64,000 bases of DNA, taken from assembly GCA_963740315.1 (NCBI GenBank), contig CAVUDP010000003.1:1-64000 (forward strand). The letters are read 5' to 3'. The DNA is from an uncultured cyanobacterium (lineage in GTDB: Bacteria; Cyanobacteriota; Cyanobacteriia; Cyanobacteriales; Nostocaceae). Made by a program: the position numbers and the translations under genes. How positions within the stretch are numbered: position 1 is the stretch's first letter; each line of letters opens with the position of its first letter. The notes beneath the pieces were generated by a model. That model searched no databases, was not told the origin of the DNA, and was given only the letters and a program-made list of their open reading frames with translations. Positions 29,522 to 39,861 of this stretch are shown here, in pieces.

Positions 29522-29603
29522 GAATTATAGGAAATAAGGAATGGGAATAGATTTAAGTATCCATTATTTATCAAGAATTCGCCATTCCACATTTCAAAAG
29601 CAA

Positions 29604-30500
29604 CTATTCCCTCGAATTCATTGCCCAATCAATAATTGCTTGAGTTAAGCCTTCCAAGGTGTATTCTGAAGCCTCAACATCTACCCTTCCCAAATACGAT
29701 TGACAAGCAATAGATGTCTGTGGACCGATGGAAGCAATACAAACTCCTTCTAAATAATTAGATACCACAGATGATTGATTGTCTTGGGAATTATCTGAAA
29801 ATATTTTATCTGCTAATTGAGTAAAAAACTTCACCGTTTTAGAACTAGCAAAAGTAATTACATCAATTGTTCCGCCTTGCAAAGCTAATTCCGCCGAAGG
29901 AGGGATGCTACTGGGACAGCAAGATTGATACGCTGCTACTTCTGTAACTTCGGCTCCTTGATTTTGAAATTCTCTAACTAAATCTTCTCTTCCACCAGTT
30001 TCAACCCTGGGAAATAAAACCTTTTTACCCGCAAGTTGTTCGGGAAAATGTTCTATTAAAGAATCGGCGATAAAATTGGGTGGAATAAAGTCAGGTTGAA
30101 AATTATGATTTTTAAGGATTTGAGCAGTTTTCTCGCCAACTACGGCGATTTTCAGATTAGCTAAGGTACGCGCATCTTTACCTAATTCCATTAACCTTTC
30201 AAAAAAGTAATTAATACCGTTGCTAGAAGTCAGAATTAACCAGTCAAATTCTAATAAATTAACAATTGCATTATCTAAAGCCTCCCAACTAGAAGGTGGA
30301 CAAATTTCTAATGCAGGCATTTCAATTACACTTGCACCTGCGGCTGCGATCGACTGAGCAAATTGACTAGACTGTGCCATTGAACGAGTAATTAGAACAG
30401 TTTTTCCATTTAAAGGTAGAGTCTGAGATACCGTTGCAGATTGGGATAAATTTGGTGACATAGGTTTGGAGTCCAAAGCGTCTCTATGATAGGGAAGCAT
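29604..30500 (-). CDS. hemD: Uroporphyrinogen-III synthase
   Basis: LITRS, LTSSNG, VGEKT, TFASSKTV, SIGPQT. Confidence 0.93.
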   Translation of the reverse strand: MLPYHRDALDSKPMSPNLSQSATVSQTLPLNGKTVLITRSMAQSSQFAQSIAAAGASVIEMPALEICPPSSWEALDNAIVNLLEFDWLILTSSNGINYFFERLMELGKDARTLANLKIAVVGEKTAQILKNHNFQPDFIPPNFIADSLIEHFPEQLAGKKVLFPRVETGGREDLVREFQNQGAEVTEVAAYQSCCPSSIPPSAELALQGGTIDVITFASSKTVKFFTQLADKIFSDNSQDNQSSVVSNYLEGVCIASIGPQTSIACQSYLGRVDVEASEYTLEGLTQAIIDWAMNSRE

Positions 30501-30504
30501 CTAA

Positions 30505-31233
30505 TTACATTTTCTCAGAAAAACTGGCATACCCCACCACTTCTCCTATTACAATTACTGCGGGAGACAAACGCACCGAATGCACTTGTTCCACAATTGT
30601 AGACAGCGTACCAATCCATACTTGTTGCTCTGTTGTACCGGCTTTACGAATAATTGCAACTGGGGTACATTTGTTTTTCCCGTATTTGATTAATTGATGT
30701 ACAATTTCACAGAGATGTTGTCCACCCATTAAAAGTACCAGGGTATCTAACCTCGAAAGCGCTTCCCAATCTAAATTATCCGGTTGATGGGCGCTCAATA
30801 CAGCGAAGCATCTACTCATTACCGCATCCGTCAGCGGAATTCCTGCAAGTAAAGGTGCAGCTAAAGCAGAGGAAATTCCTGGAATAGCTTCAAAATCGCA
30901 ACCAGCAGCCTGCAAAGCTTGAATTTCCAAAATGCAGCGACCAAAAATAAACGGATCTCCGGATTTTAGTCTTATAACAAGCTTTCCTTGCTGACAATAT
31001 TTAACTAATAAATCATTAATTTCTGCTTGAGGGGTACTTGGTAAACCACCTCTTTTTCCGACGTGGATCTTTAGGCGATCGCCCGGTACCAACTCCAGCA
31101 ACTGCTCGTCCACCAAAGCATCATAAATCAACACCTCAGCTTTAGCCAGCAGTCGATAAGCCTTCACCGTTAGATAATCAACATCTCCCGGTCCAGCACC
31201 CACAAGATAGACTTTACCATTAACTTTGGTCAT
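30505..31233 (-). CDS. cobA: Uroporphyrinogen-III C-methyltransferase
   Basis: VYLVGAGPGD, YDALV, RLKSGDPFIFGR, IPGISS. Confidence 0.95.
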   Translation of the reverse strand: MTKVNGKVYLVGAGPGDVDYLTVKAYRLLAKAEVLIYDALVDEQLLELVPGDRLKIHVGKRGGLPSTPQAEINDLLVKYCQQGKLVIRLKSGDPFIFGRCILEIQALQAAGCDFEAIPGISSALAAPLLAGIPLTDAVMSRCFAVLSAHQPDNLDWEALSRLDTLVLLMGGQHLCEIVHQLIKYGKNKCTPVAIIRKAGTTEQQVWIGTLSTIVEQVHSVRLSPAVIVIGEVVGYASFSEKM

Positions 31234-31303
31234 CGGATTATCGGATTTTGGATTTTAGATTTTAGATTTTGGATTAGGCAGTTATCAGTTATCTACCCCA
31301 TCT

Positions 31304-31418
31304 CCCCCGCTCGCCGCACGCTCCGCGTGTTCAGCGCGGCACGACTCGTTAGAGTAACGGGTTGCGCCACTTCTCTCAACGGTCGTGTTCCTCCGCACGT
31401 TTTGGGCTTACCATCTCC
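31304..31418. repeat. 115-bp GC-rich dispersed repeat, copy 1 (identical to 46401-46515)
   Basis: Direct sequence identity; embedded in CCCCATCT-type STRR. Confidence 0.9.
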
Positions 31419-31436
31419 TCCTCTCCCAATCCCCAA

Positions 31437-31892
31437 TCAACTATTTAATTTTTCCAACAACTGACTAACTTCTTCCGCTTTTTCTGGTTGACGTTTTTGT
31501 AATACTTCTTTAGCTTTTTGTAAATATTCGATCGCTTCGGACTGCTTTTCTTGCTGCATATAAATTCGACTCAAACGCAAATAAGCATCAGCTTTTTTTG
31601 GTGCGCGGGTTATGACATCTTGATATTTTTCAATTGCTTCATCTACTTTTCCTTGTTTTAATAGAGCATCGCCTAAAAGCAAACGAACTACATCGTTACT
31701 TACATTGATAGAAGTTACTTGACGAAAAACAGCTTCTGCATTTTCATAATCTTTATCTTGGTAAAGGTTGAGTCCTTTTTGAAATAAATTAGAAGTTATT
31801 AAAGTTTTTACAGCAAAATAAATCAAAAGAGAAATACTTGAAATAACTATAACAGCAGGAAGAATGGTATTTAATTGCAAGTTTTCTAACAT
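31437..31892 (-). CDS. Membrane-anchored TPR protein
   Basis: N-terminal TM helix followed by about three TPR motifs. Confidence 0.85.
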   Translation of the reverse strand: MLENLQLNTILPAVIVISSISLLIYFAVKTLITSNLFQKGLNLYQDKDYENAEAVFRQVTSINVSNDVVRLLLGDALLKQGKVDEAIEKYQDVITRAPKKADAYLRLSRIYMQQEKQSEAIEYLQKAKEVLQKRQPEKAEEVSQLLEKLNS

Positions 31893-32204
31893 AAGTAATT
31901 AAGAAGATTTAGGAATTGGGAATTAGGAGTTATGGGTTATAGATATTTTCATTTATAATCCAATCAATTAAGCTTTTTGTTTTTCTATAATAATGGTGCG
32001 TTACCAATCACGCTAACAGCACCCTACAATACAAAAATAATATAAAATAAATTTTTTAAATCGTCTTTTTTTAGTGTCCAGAAAAACTAACATAGTCGTC
32101 TTAAGACGACTTTCGCTATTAGCCGGGGAATTGCATTCCCCGGTGGCTGGGATTATTAAATAATTATTACATATGTTAGCCTCTAAATAATTTCATCAAA
32201 ACCA

Positions 32205-33146
32205 CTAACCCAACAAACAAGAAACAGGAAAAACTAAATATTCAAGGTAAAACAACTTCCAAATAAATTGGTAAGCATTTGTTATAGAGCTTTTATCTTG
32301 TAAATCGGTTTGAGTCGTGTACCACCACATTAAACCTAACATCACAGAATTAACGGCGATTAAAAAAATTGAGTTCACCCGTGTAAAACCCAGCACTCCA
32401 ACCAAAATCATACCAGCGTAACAAACAGTTAACAGCCAGCGAGAAAGATTAAAAACCGTTTCTTTACCCAACTCGATGGTAAAAGTAGTGATATTGTACT
32501 GACGATCGCCTTCCATATCGGGGATGTCTTTAAAGATTGCGATCGCGACTGTGAATACTAAAATAAACCAGGTTAAAACCCAAACGGCAGGTGGAATTGA
32601 TTCTTTGGCTTGCAGTACCCAAGAGAAATGCAAAAATAATCCTAAATTAACAATTGCTCCTCGTACCGAAAAAATACAAATCGCCGCCCAAAAAGGAAAC
32701 CGTTTTAAACGAATTGGCGGCAAAGAATAAGACGTACCAATTGCTAAACTTATAGCCACCATCCCAAATAAAAACGGTCCCAAAAACCAAGATAACAAGA
32801 GCGCCAAAACACCAGTAATAATTACAATAATTTCTCCCGTGCGTTGGCTAAACTCTCCAGAAGCAACGGGTAAATGAGGCTTATTAATTTTATCAATTTC
32901 TACATCTTGCAGTTGATTGAGTCCCACAATGTAGACATTCCCCAATAAACAAGCCACCCAAGCACCTAAAACAGAAAACAGAGAATAAGAATTTGGAAAT
33001 GGGAAATTACTATTAGTTAAAGCAACAGCAATTACATATAACCCCAAAACGCTCAAACTCGTACCATAAATCGTATGAGGACGAGAAAACTTCCAAAAAG
33101 CGTACAGCCAACTACTTTGCAACCCCGTTTGTGAAACTTGACTCAT
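32205..33146 (-). CDS. hpt: Homogentisate phytyltransferase (tocopherol biosynthesis, VTE2-like)
   Basis: FWKFSRPHT, NQLQDVEIDKINKP, KDIPDMEGD, YQFIWKLFY. Confidence 0.95.
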   Translation of the reverse strand: MSQVSQTGLQSSWLYAFWKFSRPHTIYGTSLSVLGLYVIAVALTNSNFPFPNSYSLFSVLGAWVACLLGNVYIVGLNQLQDVEIDKINKPHLPVASGEFSQRTGEIIVIITGVLALLLSWFLGPFLFGMVAISLAIGTSYSLPPIRLKRFPFWAAICIFSVRGAIVNLGLFLHFSWVLQAKESIPPAVWVLTWFILVFTVAIAIFKDIPDMEGDRQYNITTFTIELGKETVFNLSRWLLTVCYAGMILVGVLGFTRVNSIFLIAVNSVMLGLMWWYTTQTDLQDKSSITNAYQFIWKLFYLEYLVFPVSCLLG

Positions 33147-33356
33147 GATAATTTTAGATTTTAGATTTTAGATTTTAGATTGGGCATGGTAAAAAGGTCT
33201 GCATGTTAAAGGTTAAAGGTCTGCATGTCAAAGGTGTAATAACTCTTACCCCATCTCCCCATCCCCCCCCTCTCCCCATCCCCCCCTCTCCCCCGAACCC
33301 CATCTCCCCCATCCCCCATCTCCCCCTCTCCCCATCCCCCCATCTCCCCATCCCCT

Positions 33357-34202
33357 TTACCCTTTACTCCCAGTTAGCAACCCAAATTTAATCAAACCAC
33401 TTTCATAACCGCGACTCATTAAACCCAAAGACATAGCGCCTTGAATTGTTTTCCAACCAGCGCGTAGTAAACCGAAAAAGGCTTGGGGAGTAAACGTAGA
33501 ATCAATTACCACATTCCAAAAAGGGGCGACAGCTTGCGACCAATCCGCAGTCCGAATATTCTGTAAAGGTAGTAGACGGGCGATCGCTTCATAATCTGCT
33601 AAGGAAATTACGTATGGTAGGCAATAAACGTCATAAATCTGTTCTAAATGCTTTTTTTCCTCTGCGCTCAAAGGCGATTCATCCGTGGAACGATGACACC
33701 ATGTCACCAAAATAAACTTTCCCCCCGGTTTAAGTACTCGGTAGCATTCTTGCATAAATCTGTTTTTATCCGGCATATGCTCGCCGCTTTCCAAAGACCA
33801 AACTAAATCAAAACTGTTGTCCTCGAAAGGCATATTTAAGGCATCTGCTACTTGAAAATTGGTTCTATCATGTAAACCAAACTCAACAGCCCGTTCGCAA
33901 GCCCTTTGCGCCTGTACCGGACTCAAAGTTATACCAGTTGCCGCAGCGTTGAATTTCTCGGCTAAATATAAAGAACTCCCACCGATACCACAACCAACAT
34001 CTAAAATGTTCTCAGCTTGCTGTACCCTACCCCATTGCAGCAACTCTTCAATTAAATCAATTTGTGCCTGACGACGATTTTTTTCTTCCCTACCATCTGC
34101 ACCGTAATAACCGTGGTGCATATGTTCCCCCCATATTTCTTCCCAAAGGGAGGAGGAAGCATCGTAAAACTGCTGAATTTGTTGGCTTAGTGTTGCACTC
34201 AT
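33357..34202 (-). CDS. Gamma-tocopherol methyltransferase-like SAM methyltransferase (VTE4-like)
   Basis: WGEHMHHGYY, LDVGCGIGGSS, WSLESGEHMPDK; adjacent to hpt. Confidence 0.9.
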   Translation of the reverse strand: MSATLSQQIQQFYDASSSLWEEIWGEHMHHGYYGADGREEKNRRQAQIDLIEELLQWGRVQQAENILDVGCGIGGSSLYLAEKFNAAATGITLSPVQAQRACERAVEFGLHDRTNFQVADALNMPFEDNSFDLVWSLESGEHMPDKNRFMQECYRVLKPGGKFILVTWCHRSTDESPLSAEEKKHLEQIYDVYCLPYVISLADYEAIARLLPLQNIRTADWSQAVAPFWNVVIDSTFTPQAFFGLLRAGWKTIQGAMSLGLMSRGYESGLIKFGLLTGSKG

Positions 34203-34392
34203 GAATTAAGCTATGTATTTTGACTATTACAGAATAAAAAAAACATATATTGGTAGGCTACCACGTGTATTTTCAATAAGATGCAGTGTTTTGTTTCCAG
34301 AACGAAAAATATACTATCCACAATAAGATGGAATAATTCATGGTTGGAGCTTTTTTAAAGGGAGTAAGTAAGGAACTGCATCCGTTGTTAAA

Positions 34393-35132
34393 ATCCAAAA
34401 TCTAAAACTTGTGCTGAGCTTGCCGAAGTATCCAAAATCTAAAACTTGTGCTGAGCTTGCCGAAGTATCCAAAATCTAAAACTTGTGCTGAGCTTGCCGA
34501 AGTATCCAAAATCTAAAACTTGTGCTGAGCTTGCCGAAGTATCCAAAATCTAAAACTTGTGCTGAGCTTGCCGAAGTATCCAAAATCTAAAACTTGTGCT
34601 GAGCTTGCCGAAGTATCCAAAATCTAAAACTTGTGCTGAGCTTGCCGAAGTATCCAAAATCTAAAACTTGTGCTGAGCTTGCCGAAGTATCCAAAATCTA
34701 AAACTTGTGCTGAGCTTGCCGAAGTATCCAAAATCTAAAACTTGTGCTGAGCTTGCCGAAGTATCCAAAATCTAAAACTTGTGCTGAGCTTGCCGAAGTA
34801 TCCAAAATCTAAAACTTGTGCTGAGCTTGCCGAAGTATCCAAAATCTAAAACTTGTGCTGAGCTTGCCGAAGTATCCAAAATCTAAAACTTGTGCTGAGC
34901 TTGCCGAAGTATCCAAAATCTAAAACTTGTGCTGAGCTTGCCGAAGTATCCAAAATCTAAAACTTGTGCTGAGCTTGCCGAAGTATCCAAAATCTAAAAC
35001 TTGTGCTGAGCTTGCCGAAGTATCCAAAATCTAAAACTTGTGCTGAGCTTGCCGAAGTATCCAAAATCTAAAACTTGTGCTGAGCTTGCCGAAGTATCCA
35101 AAATCTAAAACTTGTGCTGAGCTTGCCGAAGT
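34393..35132. repeat. Perfect tandem array, 20 x 37 bp, no spacers
   Basis: Unit ATCCAAAATCTAAAACTTGTGCTGAGCTTGCCGAAGT; 740 bp = 20 units. Confidence 0.97.
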
Positions 35133-35166
35133 ATCCAAAATCTAAAATCCAAAATCTAAAATCCAA

Positions 35167-36501
35167 ATGACTGCTTCTCAAAAAATTTGCTTTGGTTTTT
35201 TTGCAGTAATCACTGTAGGAACTCTCTTATTGATGATGCCTTTTTCTACAGCTACAGGTACGTGGAATAGCTTAATTGTGGCTTTATTTACGGCAACTTC
35301 AGCCGTTTGCGTCACGGGTTTGGCAGTCGCTGATACAGGTAGTGATTTTTCCTTCTGGGGTCAGTTGACGATTATGTTACTGGCGCAAGTTGGTGGGTTG
35401 GGCTATATGACGTTTACAACCTTTCTAATTATGTTGACTGGGCGTAGATTTGATTTGAGACACAAAATGGCAATTCAACAAGCTTTAGATCGGCGAGAAA
35501 TGCAGGGTAGCGGCAACATTATTCGCTCGATCGTTGCTACAACGCTATTTTTTGAAATTACAGGAATATTGTTATTACTGATAGTATTTGTCCCGGATTT
35601 TGGATGGAATAAAGGGATGTGGCTGGCAATTTTTCATAGCGTCAGTGCTTGGAATAATGCCGGTTTTAGCTTGTTTACGAATAGCTTAGTTGACTACAAC
35701 TCTTCAGCCTTACTAATATTTACTATTTCTGGCTTAATCATCTTTGGCGGAATTGGATATCAAGTAATATTAGAACTCTTTTTTAGATTGCGCGATCGCC
35801 TACGCCGAAGACCGGGTAATATCGTGTTATCTCTTGATTACAAAGTCGCCGTTAATACAACAATATTTTTATTAATTTTAGGAACCTTAGCATTTTTCTT
35901 CGTAGAGATCAGAAATGCTGAAACTATCAGATATTTCAGCTTTCGCAGCCAATTTCTCGCGGCTTTGTTTCAATCCGTGACCACTAGAACTGCTGGTTTT
36001 AACAGTATCGATATTGGCAGTATGACAAATGCGGGACTATTTATTACTATTGCTTTTATGTTTATTGGAGCAAGTCCGGGAGGTACTGGAGGAGGTATGA
36101 AAACTACAACTCTTAGGGTACTCAGTAGCTGTACAAAATCAATTCTTCAAGGAAAACAAGAGGTTTTACTCTACGAACGCCGTATCGCGGTATCTTTGAT
36201 ATTAAAAGCCATCGGAGTGGTGGTTGGTTCTGTAACTGTTGTAATTATTTGTACTATTTTAATATCGATTACAGACCCAGCATTTGACTTCATCCAAATC
36301 TTGTTTGAAGTAGTTTCAGCTTATGCAACCGTAGGGCTTTCCACAGGAATAACTGGCGAATTTTCTATCTGGGGTAAGTTGATATTAATTCTAACTATGT
36401 ATATGGGAAGAGTTGGTGTTTTACTATTAATGTCCGCCGTTCTTGGCGACCCCAAACCCACTAGAATTCATTATCCGGAAGAAGATTTACTTGTGGGATA
36501 A
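35167..36501 (+). CDS. ktrB: Ktr/Trk potassium uptake membrane subunit
   Basis: Four pore loops SAVCVTGL, SAWNNAGF, TTRTAGF, SAYATVGL; GASPGGTGGG. Confidence 0.93.
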   Translation: MTASQKICFGFFAVITVGTLLLMMPFSTATGTWNSLIVALFTATSAVCVTGLAVADTGSDFSFWGQLTIMLLAQVGGLGYMTFTTFLIMLTGRRFDLRHKMAIQQALDRREMQGSGNIIRSIVATTLFFEITGILLLLIVFVPDFGWNKGMWLAIFHSVSAWNNAGFSLFTNSLVDYNSSALLIFTISGLIIFGGIGYQVILELFFRLRDRLRRRPGNIVLSLDYKVAVNTTIFLLILGTLAFFFVEIRNAETIRYFSFRSQFLAALFQSVTTRTAGFNSIDIGSMTNAGLFITIAFMFIGASPGGTGGGMKTTTLRVLSSCTKSILQGKQEVLLYERRIAVSLILKAIGVVVGSVTVVIICTILISITDPAFDFIQILFEVVSAYATVGLSTGITGEFSIWGKLILILTMYMGRVGVLLLMSAVLGDPKPTRIHYPEEDLLVG

Positions 36502-36734
36502 TCGTTTACAAACAGTTATCAGTTTACAGTTGTCTGGGATTGATTATAATTGATAACTGTAAACTACTAAGTAAAAGTTACTTTTAAATTTATGATTCAA
36601 ACGTACAGATATTCAATAGATACTTAATATAGATTCAATTAAGTACAAATGATAAGATAAATACAATCGGGTACAAAAATATGACCGATTTTTTTGAGCT
36701 ATACAAAAGCTGTAATAATTAAGGATAAAAAACA

Positions 36735-37439
36735 GTGAATCTGTCCTCATTAGGGTTTTTTCGTACTTTAAATAAAAACAATCAGCAGTTTGCGGTGATT
36801 GGTTTAGGACGTTTTGGTCGTTCTGTTTGCTCGACTTTACATAGATTAGGTTATGAAGTATTGGCAACAGATATTGATGAAAAGCGGGTATCGCAAGCCT
36901 TGACAGAAGAAATAACTGGTCATGCCTTACAATTAGACTCCACAGAAGCTGCTGCACTTAAAGAAGCAGGGATTTTTGAGTTTGATACCGTCATTATCGC
37001 AATTGGTAATTATATTCAAGAAAGTATTATCACGACTTTAAATGTCAAAGAAGGTGGCGTAAAAAATGTAGTAGCCAAAGCTTCTAGCGAAGTTCACTGT
37101 AAATTATTACGAAAAGTTGGTGCAGATAGAGTTATTTTTCCCGAACATGAAGCCGGTTGTGCTTTAGCGCAAAGACTAACGAAACCAGCGATATTAGATA
37201 CATTCGACCTCGATCCCGATAACAGTATTGTTGAAATCGCTGTACCAGCAGAATTTGACGGTAAAACCGTTGCAGAATTACAACTTCGCAATCGTTATGG
37301 CTTAAACGTCCTAGCTATAAGTAATAATAATAATGATGAAAAATTTATTATTAATCCAGACCCTAGCAAACGTCTGCAAAAGGGTTCCGCAATGGTAGTA
37401 ATTGGTCATAACAAAGACATAGACCGCTTACCCATTTAA
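36735..37439 (+). CDS. ktrA: Ktr/Trk regulatory RCK subunit
   Basis: VIGLGRFG NAD-binding motif plus TrkA-C domain; follows ktrB. Confidence 0.93.
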   Translation: MNLSSLGFFRTLNKNNQQFAVIGLGRFGRSVCSTLHRLGYEVLATDIDEKRVSQALTEEITGHALQLDSTEAAALKEAGIFEFDTVIIAIGNYIQESIITTLNVKEGGVKNVVAKASSEVHCKLLRKVGADRVIFPEHEAGCALAQRLTKPAILDTFDLDPDNSIVEIAVPAEFDGKTVAELQLRNRYGLNVLAISNNNNDEKFIINPDPSKRLQKGSAMVVIGHNKDIDRLPI

Positions 37440-37484
37440 AATTAAATTAAACCCGGTTTATAAAAACTGGGTTTTCTAATATCA

Positions 37485-38132
37485 CTAACCATAAGCTTCC
37501 CAAGCTAAATCTATCAACCCATCTAAAATTGCTACTGCTACTGTCGCACCGCCTTTACGATTTTTGATAGTAATATTAGGTATTAAAAATTCTTTCAAGT
37601 CCTCTTTTATTGCATCTATATTCATACAATTTGGTGGTGTAGCAATTATTAAAACAGGTCTAATTTTTTCTGATTTAACTAAGTCAATTAACGTTTTCAA
37701 AGCTGTGGGTGCTTGCCCGATCGCAAATATTCCTTCGGGATAACGGCTGGCTAAAGTTTCCATTCCCCAAGCAGCACGAGTTTTTTCTTTCTGTGGGCGA
37801 GTTTGAACTTCCATCGCACAATACACTGGATTCGCAAAAGTATTGTGAACTGCCTGTGCAATACCAGCTTGTAACGCTGTTTCATCTACCACAATAGTAC
37901 TGCGCGATGCTAATGCAGCTGCTGAAGCTTGTAAGGCACGTTCGGAAAATTCGATTAGCGATTTATACTCAAAGTCACCTGTAGCGTAAATTACTCTTCT
38001 AATAATTTCATACTCCGCCGATAAAAAATGGCGATACGTCGTTATATCGCCATGCTGCATCAAAGCCGAAGCACCACCAATTTCTTTATCAATATTTGCC
38101 AAACTTTGAGCATCCGTTACGTGCCATTCCAT
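37485..38132 (-). CDS. cobH: Precorrin-8X methylmutase family protein with a short in-frame insertion
   Basis: RRVIYATGDFE, TRAAWG, IGQAPTAL, RKGGATVAVA. Confidence 0.85.
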   Translation of the reverse strand: MEWHVTDAQSLANIDKEIGGASALMQHGDITTYRHFLSAEYEIIRRVIYATGDFEYKSLIEFSERALQASAAALASRSTIVVDETALQAGIAQAVHNTFANPVYCAMEVQTRPQKEKTRAAWGMETLASRYPEGIFAIGQAPTALKTLIDLVKSEKIRPVLIIATPPNCMNIDAIKEDLKEFLIPNITIKNRKGGATVAVAILDGLIDLAWEAYG

Positions 38133-38353
38133 GCCTACTTCCCTGAATTATCAATATTAAGATTTTTACACGTTTACCGCTTTACAAATAAAACTATGCA
38201 ATTTACTTTCTTCCTAATAGAAGATTACCGGCGTTGAGTGAGGGGGAAGAGGGGGGAGAGGGGGAAGAGGGGGAGAAATTTTATAGGTAATCTTGTTGAG
38301 CGAGACAGGAATAATCCCGTAGAGACGTAGCAGTGCTACGTCTCTACACTATT

Positions 38354-39160
38354 TTACGTTTCTGAAGGAGAAGAATTACCAAGAATAGGTGTCAAGTAAG
38401 CAACTAAAGCTCCAATTAGAAAACCGGAGATATTGCGAACTAAAGGCAGCCAGTCGGATGTACGGATAATTACTGGTCCAAGACCGAACGCAAAAAACAA
38501 AATTCCCCATAAAGGAGAAAATATCAGCGCCCATTGCCAAGCAACAACTTGCCCTTCAGTTCTTGGTTGGGCTGTAAATCCACAGATAAGTCCACCGACA
38601 ACCGAGCTAATTAAAGTCAAAATCCACTGTTCCCTTGGTAATCCCGGAACAACGTTACAACCACCTTGGCGCAAACAACCTTCTACAGTTTCCAAGGCTT
38701 GAATAATAGCTTGATCTTCACCTTTTTCCCGTACAAAATATAAGTTACCAAAACGAGTTTGTAATTCTATCCAAAAAGTACGCGGTAGCAATTCATAAAC
38801 ATCATCCCCAACCGCGAAACTGAGAATATTACCGCCACGAGAATCGGCAACAAGTAAAATACTATGGTCGTTTAAACCCCAAAACTTGATTACCGCTCTA
38901 CCCGGTGTTCTATCGTATTGAGTGAGTACTCGCAACTGCCAACCAGTTTCATTTTCAAAATCGTTAAGTTGTTGAACTAAATTTTGTTCTTGAACAACAT
39001 TCAGAGACTTCCCTAAATCTACAACTGGCGTAACTTCGTCGGGTAGCAATTCCGGATTGTTGTAAGCATAAGCAGGACTCGAATGTGTCGTCCAAATCGA
39101 ACCAGCTATAAATAATACTGTCAAAAAAGTAAAAAATCGTCGCCAAGAACTATTATGCAT
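38354..39160 (-). CDS. TPM domain membrane protein
   Basis: Signal peptide, ETGWQLRVLT TPM domain, C-terminal TM helices. Confidence 0.85.
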   Translation of the reverse strand: MHNSSWRRFFTFLTVLFIAGSIWTTHSSPAYAYNNPELLPDEVTPVVDLGKSLNVVQEQNLVQQLNDFENETGWQLRVLTQYDRTPGRAVIKFWGLNDHSILLVADSRGGNILSFAVGDDVYELLPRTFWIELQTRFGNLYFVREKGEDQAIIQALETVEGCLRQGGCNVVPGLPREQWILTLISSVVGGLICGFTAQPRTEGQVVAWQWALIFSPLWGILFFAFGLGPVIIRTSDWLPLVRNISGFLIGALVAYLTPILGNSSPSET

Positions 39161-39521
39161 GTGGTTTATATAAATTTCAACGTTTAAATTAAGCAGATTG
39201 TTTCAAAAGGTAAGAAAAAATATGATAGCTCTTTACATTTTGTAACCTTATTCTAATTTATTTTACATTCATCTCAGCATAATTTTTGTTGATGATACAG
39301 CAAAACTGCCCCCAGCAACGGTAAATTTGATATTAAAAGCTAGTGTAAGCAGGCTTTGTGGGCTTATGTGCTAACAAGATTTTGATTTTACTATGATTCT
39401 CAGTTAAGTAAGGTATGGTAGCCGCGATGATAAACCAAGCAATGAAGATTCTAAATAATTATTAAAACAATCACGTTCTCAACCGTGGAGTCCAAGTTGT
39501 TCCTATGGATGCTTAAACGAA

Positions 39522-39559
39522 CGCGATACGCCCAAAGCGTCTAGCTTCGCTAATCGCAC
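39522..39559. repeat. HIP1-embedded short dispersed repeat, copy 1 of an inverted pair
   Basis: Core GCGATACGCCCAAAGCGTCTAGCTTCGCTAATCGC; 39522-39559 is the exact reverse complement of 40100-40137. Confidence 0.9.
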
Positions 39560-39861
39560 CGAATCAAAATTTTAAGCTAAATCTATGATTACCATAAGAA
39601 CTACAAATAATTGTTTTTGACCAAATATGGCTGGAAATAGTATTTACTAGAATTGATAGTTTACGTTATTTAATTACTGCTTTCGATCGCAGCTAAGTTA
39701 ATTTAATTAAATAGGTTCGGTCGAATAGGGTGCTGGTAAATTTGCCATAAAGTCAAGTCTGAATAATACAAATATCGAGGTTTAATGAATACTTGAGATT
39801 AGTAAATCATTGAACCCCGATAGATCGTTTCATTTTCAAATAACATTTGTGAGGAGTTCTT

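Noticed and set aside
34393..35132. CRISPR array (37-bp repeat)
   Set aside because: Units are head-to-tail with no spacers and there are no cas genes; it is a tandem repeat.
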